64,000 bases of DNA, taken from positions 14,196 through 78,195 of the forward strand of contig CAYMXN010000002.1 of assembly GCA_964394435.1 (NCBI GenBank), given 5' to 3'. The stretch's first letter is position 1, and each line of letters starts with the position of its first letter. This document shows, one piece after another, positions 57,287 through 64,000 of the stretch. The notes below the pieces were generated by a model. That model ran no database searches. It was given only the letters and a program-made list of their open reading frames with translations, and was not told the DNA's origin. This DNA is from an uncultured Candidatus Saccharibacteria bacterium (GTDB taxonomy: Bacteria > Patescibacteriota > Minisyncoccia > UBA6257 > 1-14-0-10-44-23). The position numbers and the translations under genes are program-made.

Positions 57287-58945
57287 ATGTTTTCCGATAT
57301 TGTCAGTCTTCTCAAATCCCTAACCCGACGCGAACGACTAGTCTTTTTTGGCTCGGTCCTCATTTTTTTCGTCGCTCTTATCTTTACACTCATTGCTGTT
57401 TTTTATCGCAATACGGTACTCGAACCAGCCCAGGGTGGTGAGTATCGCGAAGGACTTGTTGGTCAGCCGGTAGTCATCAACCCGATTCTTGCGGGCAATA
57501 ACGATGTCGACCGGGACTTATCAGAAATTTTATTTTCAGACCTCATTACGCTTGCCGACCGCTTTGCGACGAGCACTGACGGAAAAACATTTACGATTAC
57601 ACTCAAGCCAGATCTTCGCTGGAGTGATGATGAGCCGCTCACCTCTGACGATGTTATTTTTACGCTTGAGATGATTCAAAATCTCGACACCAACTCCCCG
57701 CTTCTTACCAACTGGCAGGGTGTAATTGCGGAGCGTTTGAGTGAGCGCGAAATTCGCTTTACCATTCGCACCCCATACGCGTTTTTCATCGACAACTTGC
57801 GCATGCTCCGCCCGATTCCAAAACATATCTTTGAAAGTGTTCCACCGGCCAATCTCCGTCTCTCAACATACAACCTTGAGCCGATTGGCAGCGGGCCGTA
57901 CCAATTTAGCCGATACGAAAAACAAAAGACCGGATTCCTCTCTTCTTACGTCCTCGAACTTAATCACAACTTCGCAGGCACGAAGCCACACATTCAGACT
58001 ATTCGGCTCGTCTTCTACCAAACCTACAAGGATGCGCTAACCGCGTTTAATACGAAAGAGATTGATGGCTTGGGCGGACTCGACCCTGCGCAACTCCCCG
58101 ATTTACGTGTTGTACATCAGATTTTTGAACTCAATATTCCTCGCTACTACGCGATCTTCTTTAACCAGACCGTTCAGCCGCTCCTTAAAGAGCTCGCAGT
58201 ACGCCAAGCCCTTGAGCTCGCAACTGACAAAGAAGAGATTATTAAAGCGGTGTTTGATAATCACGCACTCATTGTTAACGGCCCACTCCTTCCTTATATC
58301 GAAGGATATGATGCGGCCAGGTATGCGAGCGATACGCTCTCGCTTGAGCTCGCCTCTTCAACACTCAACAAGGCTGGGTGGAAGCTCGGTGACGACGGAA
58401 TACGCGCCAAGACGGTCAATAAAACTGTCCAGAGACTTTCGTTTGAAATCGTAGTTCCGCAAATTCCTTTCCTAGTTAACACCGCCAACCTACTCAAGGC
58501 GCAATGGGGAAAAGTTGGTATCGAACTCACGCCTATCGTGCTTACCCCGCAAGAAGTTGCCAATAATGCGATCAAGACTCGTAGTTATCAGATGCTTCTT
58601 TTTGGAAACATTCTTCGTGGCAATCCAGACATCTTCTCCTTCTGGCACAGCAGTCAGCGCTTCTCGCCAGGACTTAACTTATCGCTCTATGAAAATAAAT
58701 CGGTAGACGCCCTCCTCGAGTCACTTCGCAAAGACAGCAAAAAGGAGTCTCGCCAACAGAGCCTCGCTAAGATTCAAAAATCAATCGCAGACGATCGCCC
58801 AGCTATCTTCTTGTACTCGCCAACCTATCTGTATGCCGGCCCGAAAGACTTAGGTGGATTTGGTGCGCCATTTATCACCTCGCCCGCAGAACGTCTCCGC
58901 ACTATCGAGTCCTGGTATCTCGAAACGACTCGCGTCTTTAAATAA
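57287..58945 (+). CDS. ABC transporter substrate-binding protein, family 5 (peptide/oligopeptide-type)
   Basis: N-terminal TM anchor, then the SBP_bac_5 fold (e.g. LRWSDDEPLTSDDVIFTLE.., GSGPYQFS..). Confidence 0.82.
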   Translation: MFSDIVSLLKSLTRRERLVFFGSVLIFFVALIFTLIAVFYRNTVLEPAQGGEYREGLVGQPVVINPILAGNNDVDRDLSEILFSDLITLADRFATSTDGKTFTITLKPDLRWSDDEPLTSDDVIFTLEMIQNLDTNSPLLTNWQGVIAERLSEREIRFTIRTPYAFFIDNLRMLRPIPKHIFESVPPANLRLSTYNLEPIGSGPYQFSRYEKQKTGFLSSYVLELNHNFAGTKPHIQTIRLVFYQTYKDALTAFNTKEIDGLGGLDPAQLPDLRVVHQIFELNIPRYYAIFFNQTVQPLLKELAVRQALELATDKEEIIKAVFDNHALIVNGPLLPYIEGYDAARYASDTLSLELASSTLNKAGWKLGDDGIRAKTVNKTVQRLSFEIVVPQIPFLVNTANLLKAQWGKVGIELTPIVLTPQEVANNAIKTRSYQMLLFGNILRGNPDIFSFWHSSQRFSPGLNLSLYENKSVDALLESLRKDSKKESRQQSLAKIQKSIADDRPAIFLYSPTYLYAGPKDLGGFGAPFITSPAERLRTIESWYLETTRVFK

Positions 58946-58948
58946 TCC

Positions 58949-59932
58949 ATGAACTCACTCGATCGCTTTGAAAAGCACATTTTCACCCTTGGCGAGCAGT
59001 TTTCGCCGAGTGCGGTTATCGTTGAAGACGTAAAGCAGCTTAAAGGCGCAAAGCCTGATGTAGTGGTGCTTTGTGGCATGGGCGGCTCGGGGATTCCGGC
59101 CGCGGTCTTGCAAAATATCGCAGAGTATGCTAATATAACTATACCGTTAGTTTCTTGGCATGATTTCGGCTTGCCTGCCCTTTCCTCCTATAGGCGGCCA
59201 CTCTTCATTTTTGTTTCCTTTTCCGGAGACACCGAAGAGACACTTTCCAGCTTTGAATTGGCACACAAAGCAAAGCTACGAGCGGTTGTCACTAGTGGTG
59301 GCAAGCTACTGGATCACGCACGCACCGAAGGGATAGCGCGTGCGATCGTTCCGGTTGCGCCAGGTATTTTAGCTCGGCAAACGAGTGGTGCTCTTCTTTA
59401 TGGAGTCCTATCGATACTGCAAGCCGTACTAACTACCACTGCCCTCCCTGATCTTTCAAACTCACTCCGCCCAGAGCTTTTTCGCACTATCGGCAAAGAT
59501 ATCGCCCGCGAACTGCTCTATAAAACGGTTTTAATCTACACCCCTACGCGCGAAAGCCATATCGGGCAGCTGATTAAAATCCAGCTGAATGAGTCGGCAA
59601 AAACACCGGCCTTTGCAAACACGTATCCACATATAAATCATTTTGAGATATCGGGGTTTGATCGAAAGCCGCAACACTTTGTCGCGCTACTCCCTGCGAG
59701 TCAGCATCAAAACGCGATTACTAAGAAGCTCTTAAAAATCGTGCGCGAAACACTTGAAAATGATGGGGTCAAAACAATAACCGTGAGCATCCCTGGGGAG
59801 AGCTCACTGGAAATTGTCGCTAACTCGTTTATACTGGCAAATTGGATTGGCCTTGAGCTTGCGAGACTGCTTAACCTCGACCCTTCGCAAAATGAGACGG
59901 TCGCTAAAATTAAGCGGAAGCTGCGAAGCTAG
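58949..59932 (+). CDS. SIS-domain bifunctional phosphoglucose/phosphomannose isomerase
   Basis: CGMGGSG and SFSGDTEET motifs of the archaeal-type PGI/PMI family. Confidence 0.68.
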   Translation: MNSLDRFEKHIFTLGEQFSPSAVIVEDVKQLKGAKPDVVVLCGMGGSGIPAAVLQNIAEYANITIPLVSWHDFGLPALSSYRRPLFIFVSFSGDTEETLSSFELAHKAKLRAVVTSGGKLLDHARTEGIARAIVPVAPGILARQTSGALLYGVLSILQAVLTTTALPDLSNSLRPELFRTIGKDIARELLYKTVLIYTPTRESHIGQLIKIQLNESAKTPAFANTYPHINHFEISGFDRKPQHFVALLPASQHQNAITKKLLKIVRETLENDGVKTITVSIPGESSLEIVANSFILANWIGLELARLLNLDPSQNETVAKIKRKLRS

Positions 59933-59954
59933 AGACTGATCAGGGTTTAAACGG

Positions 59955-60035
59955 GGGGATGTGGCGAAATGGCAGACGCGCACGTTTCAGGTACGTGTGA
60001 GGCAACTCATGTGGGTTCAAGTCCCACCATCCCCA
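59955..60035 (+). tRNA. tRNA-Leu (anticodon CAG), type II with long variable arm
   Basis: Acceptor GGGGATG/CATCCCC, anticodon stem CACGT/ACGTG with loop TTCAGGT, long variable arm, T arm GTGGG-TTCAAGT-CCCAC. Confidence 0.85.
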
Positions 60036-60203
60036 CCCTTCGGTGCGCTCAGGGCGTGCCAGAAATAGCAAAAAGTTTATAGTTGTGAGTTGAGGTTTGT
60101 CCCTCATCTGACCACTGTAAGCTTACAGCTATAAGCTACGTTATCTTGTCGGAGATATACGAACTACAAAAATTATAATTTATTATTAACATTAAAATTA
60201 TTT

Positions 60204-62315
60204 ATGGCACCAAAGCCACCGAAAATTAGGCCTCGTCCGCAGCGAACCGTGATTACCAATGACGTTTCTCGTGGACCATCGGCCCACCCTGCCCCAAAGC
60301 AGGACGCACCAAAACACGTCGCCCATTCAGCAAAAGCGAAAGATTTCGACCAAGTGAAGGATGCGATGTTTTATAAACCACAAGCTTCGTCAGCACCGAT
60401 TGATCCGAGCGCTATTGTCGTTCGCAAGCGAACTGACCCAGAGCACTCTTCGCATCGCCACGCACCACACCAACACGGTGCGGCCCGTCCACACGGACAC
60501 GGCGACGCGAGTCGGCGCACAGAAAAGATGTACCGCATGTCTTCAGCGATTAAGCGCAACCCGATTGCTGACAAGAAACTTTACGCTCAAGAGAACTCAC
60601 TCAAAGGACATGAGCAAAAAGACGAACACGGCACTACCGGCGGACTCAAGCGCGACACACTCTACTACGTCCCGCTCGGAGGACTCGAAGAGGTTGGACG
60701 CAACTCGATGTTTTTCGAATACAACGATGAGATCGTTATTGTTGATATGGGTATTCAGTTCCCGGTTGAAGAAACGCCGGGCGTAGACTGGATTATTCCA
60801 AACGTCAGCTACCTCGAAAAGAAAAAACAGAATATCAAAGCACTTATTATTACCCACGCACACTACGACCACTTTGGCGCCGTGCCGTATGTACTTGAGA
60901 AACTTGGTAATCCGACCATTTATGGAACTGCACTTATTCGTGCTGTTTTGGAAAAGCGCTTAGCTGAAATTCCTAACGCACCGAAAATGAAGTTCCACGA
61001 AATCAAGAATCACGACAAGATTAAGCTTTCTGAAAACTTCACCTCCGAGTTCTTTGGCGTAAGCCACACCGTACCGGATACGACCGGCGTCGCGCTCCAC
61101 ACCCCTGCCGGACTGATGGTGCACTTTGCCGACTTCCGCTTGGACTACAACGAAGAAGGAACGGCAGAAAATCTTCAAGAGTTTGAGCGCCTCGGTAAGA
61201 TGAACGTGCATACGCTCTGCATCGACTCAACTAACGCTTGGGAGTCTGGACACTCGGTTTCCGAGAAGATTGTTGAAGCGAACTTGGAAAAGATGATGCT
61301 TGAAGCCGAGGGACGTATTATTCTCTCGACCTTTGCTTCGATGATCACGCGTATCGCCGAGATCGTAAAAATCGCCGAGAAAATTGGGCGCAAAGTTATG
61401 ATTAACGGGCGCAGTATGAAAGAAAACCTGGAGATTGCGCGCAGCCTTGGTTATGTGAAGTTTAAACCAGGTAGTGTTGTTCCAATTGAAGACATTGCTA
61501 AGTATAAAGACGACAAAATTTTGATCCTCTCTACTGGAGCACAGGGTCAAGAAAATGCTGGACTTATGCGCATCGTGAATGGCGAACACCGCTTTGTGAA
61601 GGTAAAAGCTGGCGACACCGTCATCTTTTCTTCCTCGGTCATCCCGGGTAACGAGCGTGGCGTACAGACGCTTAAAGATAACTTTGCCCGTCAGGGAGCG
61701 ACAGTTATTACAAACAACGACCTCGACATTCACTCCTCCGGACACGCTCCGGGAGCAGACCTGGGCCTCGTCGCACAACTCTGTAAGCCAAAGTTTGTTA
61801 TTCCAGTTCACGGCCACTACTTTATGCGCGCGTCTAACGTGCTCAACATGAAGCGTATTGGCATCGCAAAAGAACGCGTCATTTTGATGGATAACGGACA
61901 GATCGCTGAAGTTACTCCAGATAATGTAAAAATCACTGATAAAACTGTTGATGCGTTTTACGTACTCGTCGACGGTCTCGGCGTCGGTGATGTCGAAGCG
62001 GTTGTACTTCGCGATCGCAAACTCCTCTCACAAGAAGGAATGGTGGTTATTATCTCGACCGTCGACCGTCGCACGGGTAGGTTAATGAAAAATCCAGACG
62101 TGATTAGCCGTGGATTTATTTACCTCAAAGACCATACCTCGCTCATTGATGAGATTCGCACAAAGATTCGCAATATTCTTACGCAAACCCAGCATAAGAA
62201 ACAGGCTCCAGAAAGCGACTACATCAAGGGACTGATTCGCGATCAAGTTGGGCTCTTCCTGTACAACAAGACGATGCGTCGTCCGATGATTCTTCCGGTA
62301 ATTATCGAAGTCTAG
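60204..62315 (+). CDS. rnj: ribonuclease J (beta-CASP metallo-beta-lactamase) with an extension of about 150 aa that is basic/His-rich
   Basis: HAHYDHFGAVPY (HxHxDH), beta-CASP motifs, C-terminal domain. The first 150 aa are low-complexity and the true start is uncertain. Confidence 0.88.
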   Translation: MAPKPPKIRPRPQRTVITNDVSRGPSAHPAPKQDAPKHVAHSAKAKDFDQVKDAMFYKPQASSAPIDPSAIVVRKRTDPEHSSHRHAPHQHGAARPHGHGDASRRTEKMYRMSSAIKRNPIADKKLYAQENSLKGHEQKDEHGTTGGLKRDTLYYVPLGGLEEVGRNSMFFEYNDEIVIVDMGIQFPVEETPGVDWIIPNVSYLEKKKQNIKALIITHAHYDHFGAVPYVLEKLGNPTIYGTALIRAVLEKRLAEIPNAPKMKFHEIKNHDKIKLSENFTSEFFGVSHTVPDTTGVALHTPAGLMVHFADFRLDYNEEGTAENLQEFERLGKMNVHTLCIDSTNAWESGHSVSEKIVEANLEKMMLEAEGRIILSTFASMITRIAEIVKIAEKIGRKVMINGRSMKENLEIARSLGYVKFKPGSVVPIEDIAKYKDDKILILSTGAQGQENAGLMRIVNGEHRFVKVKAGDTVIFSSSVIPGNERGVQTLKDNFARQGATVITNNDLDIHSSGHAPGADLGLVAQLCKPKFVIPVHGHYFMRASNVLNMKRIGIAKERVILMDNGQIAEVTPDNVKITDKTVDAFYVLVDGLGVGDVEAVVLRDRKLLSQEGMVVIISTVDRRTGRLMKNPDVISRGFIYLKDHTSLIDEIRTKIRNILTQTQHKKQAPESDYIKGLIRDQVGLFLYNKTMRRPMILPVIIEV

Positions 62316-62324
62316 CACTTCATC

Positions 62325-62354
62325 AAAAAACCAGCTCGCGAGGGCTGGTTTTTT
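62325..62354 (+). terminator. intrinsic terminator after rnj
   Basis: AAAAAACCAGCTCGCGAGGGCTGGTTTTTTGATTTTT. Confidence 0.65.
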
Positions 62355-62425
62355 GATTTTTAAAGCATAATTCGTTAGGGTTGGGGTAGAACCTTTCACT
62401 AATCCAAACTTCATGGAGGGATGTC

Positions 62426-63220
62426 ATGAAGAAGATTTCAGACAAAGAGGTCGCCCCTCTCTGGACAGCCTACCACGATGGGTGCACGGACGAGCAAAAA
62501 CTCGACCTGCGTAATCGCCTAGCTACTCACTATTACCTTCTTGTTAGATTTCATGCAGAACGCATGGCCTCAACCCTTCCTGCTTCGGTTGATGTTGATG
62601 ATCTGATTTCTATGGGTACTTTTGGTCTCCTGGAGGCGATTGAGAATTTTGATCCCACTCGAGGATTCCAATTCAAGACATACGCAGTAGATCGTATCCG
62701 TGGAGCGATGTTTGACGGGCTAAGAAAAAGTGACTGGGTTGCTCGCCTCGTCCGGATCAGGCAAAAACTTTACCGGCGAACGCTTGATGGGCTTCGCGCA
62801 ACGCTTGGTCATGAGCCGTCTGACGATGAGGTGCGAGCTAAGCTCAAAATGAGTCGTCAGGAATACGAGAACTTCATGTCTGATGCCCAGGAAGAGATCT
62901 CGGTCCTCTCGCTCACCGATGAGGCTGAAGGTGCCGAAGATGAGGGCGGGGCACGAATGATCGACCTGATTGAGGATAAGAGTACACCCTCTCCGCTCAC
63001 CTCCAGTCTCCAAAATGACAACTTCAGATGGATACTGCGCGCCCTACCGAGAACAGAGCGCGCAATACTACTCCTCTACCTAAGCAGCGGAATGACTATG
63101 GCAGAGATTGCCGAAGAGCTTTTGCTCACCGAAAGTAGAATATGCCAACTCTATTCCCGAGCGCTTGAACGCCTCCGCGAACATCTCTCACGGCATAATT
63201 ACCTCGAACGCAATACCTAA
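62426..63220 (+). CDS. RNA polymerase sigma factor, group 3 (FliA/WhiG/SigB-like)
   Basis: Region 2 (GLLEAIENFDP..FKTYAVDRIRGAM), region 3 and region 4 HTH (MTMAEIAEELLLTESRICQLYSRAL). Confidence 0.85.
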   Translation: MKKISDKEVAPLWTAYHDGCTDEQKLDLRNRLATHYYLLVRFHAERMASTLPASVDVDDLISMGTFGLLEAIENFDPTRGFQFKTYAVDRIRGAMFDGLRKSDWVARLVRIRQKLYRRTLDGLRATLGHEPSDDEVRAKLKMSRQEYENFMSDAQEEISVLSLTDEAEGAEDEGGARMIDLIEDKSTPSPLTSSLQNDNFRWILRALPRTERAILLLYLSSGMTMAEIAEELLLTESRICQLYSRALERLREHLSRHNYLERNT

Positions 63221-63356
63221 ACAGAGCTTTCCGCGAAGATGCCATTGGTTTTCTTGGCCGCCCACTTAGAGATGAGTAGGCGGCCATTTATTTTAGAAAC
63301 CCTTGAAAAGAATCTTTCAATTGTATAGGATTCAGCTAGTCTTAGGAGGATTTCCC

Positions 63357-64000
63357 ATGGCTTCCCAACCCGCACTGAAGATCGACAACCAGATCGTTCT
63401 AATTCCGCGCGTACGGATTCGGCCCTTCAAAGACCAGCCGCGTACCTACTTTGATCCCGATGCCCTTGAGGAGCTCGCAAATAGCATCTCCGAGGTTGGA
63501 CAGCTAACCCCCGTACTCGTTCGCCGCATCGATGGCGACCCTGAGCATGACTATCAGCTTATCGCCGGGCAACGACGCTGGCATGCGTGTGAGGCTGCGG
63601 GTGTGGCGTTGATGCGTGCCGAGATCAAGGACGTTAAGAGCGAAGAAGAGGCTTATCTCCTTTCTGCAGTTGAGAACTTTGCTCGCCTTGACCTTTCGGA
63701 CATCGAGACGGCTCGGACACTCAAGAAGGTCAGGGATCAGCAAAACTGGACCGCTGATCGACTCGCTCGTGCTTTCGGTCGAACGAGATCTTGGGTTACC
63801 CAGCGTCTCCAACTTCTCACGCTACACCCTGGCGTTCAGGCAATGATGGAGCCGAGGCCGGGCGTCCCAGAAAATCAGCGCATCACCTTCTCGTTTGCGC
63901 TTCGTCTCGCCGGTATCCGCCGTGATCTCCAGCTGGATATTGCGCGTACCGTCATCGAACGTGGAATGAAACTCAATCAGGCGACCGCCTTTTTGAAGCG
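63357..64000 (+). CDS. ParB/Srx-like nuclease-domain protein (partial, continues past window end)
   Basis: IRPFKDQPRTYFDPDALEELANSI...LIAGQRRWHACEAAG is the ParB N-terminal box with the GxRR motif. AGGAGG RBS 7 nt upstream. Confidence 0.7.
   Translation, partial: MASQPALKIDNQIVLIPRVRIRPFKDQPRTYFDPDALEELANSISEVGQLTPVLVRRIDGDPEHDYQLIAGQRRWHACEAAGVALMRAEIKDVKSEEEAYLLSAVENFARLDLSDIETARTLKKVRDQQNWTADRLARAFGRTRSWVTQRLQLLTLHPGVQAMMEPRPGVPENQRITFSFALRLAGIRRDLQLDIARTVIERGMKLNQATAFLK

Overview
This window is a gene-dense chromosome segment of about 48 to 50 percent GC, and most genes are on the minus strand. I infer a small-genome Patescibacteria/CPR (Saccharibacteria-like) bacterium. The evidence is a type IV pilus operon without a secretin, a lamin-tail-domain surface protein, two MreB paralogs, a short ProRS, and small, tightly packed housekeeping operons (secE-nusG-rplK, def-fmt, mreBCD-pbp2, ftsEX-prfB, frr, murA, secG, rnj). 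RNA genes I can fold by eye are tRNA-Gln(CUG), tRNA-Leu(CAG), tRNA-Gly(CCC) and a probable tRNA-Thr(CGU). No rRNA or CRISPR array was seen. Unusual content comes in five kinds. (1) At least six discrete GC-rich islets (57 to 66 percent GC against a roughly 48 percent background) carry small orphan proteins, several of them secreted, membrane or pilin-like. At least four (A, D, E, F) have a near-consensus sigma70 promoter and all have an intrinsic terminator. (2) An AT-rich island (about 33 percent GC) sits immediately 3' of tRNA-Gln and carries a PD-(D/E)xK protein resembling Shedu/DUF4263 or NERD nucleases. It lies next to an Lnu/ANT-like nucleotidyltransferase. (3) A small GIY-YIG nuclease gene is wedged between a duplicated 5' fragment of tRNA-Gln (with an 18-bp palindromic insertion) and the intact tRNA-Gln. 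(4) Three copies of a 110 to 130 bp element are bounded by the 11-bp inverted repeat CCCGTTAGAGG/CCTCTAACGGG, each in the promoter region of a gene (sodA, an ftsB-like gene, and a secreted protein). (5) Tandem major-pilin paralogs share a 97-nt identical block, and there is a 247-aa RF2 lacking domain 1 and the frameshift site. Everything is judged from the sequence by eye. No database search was run.
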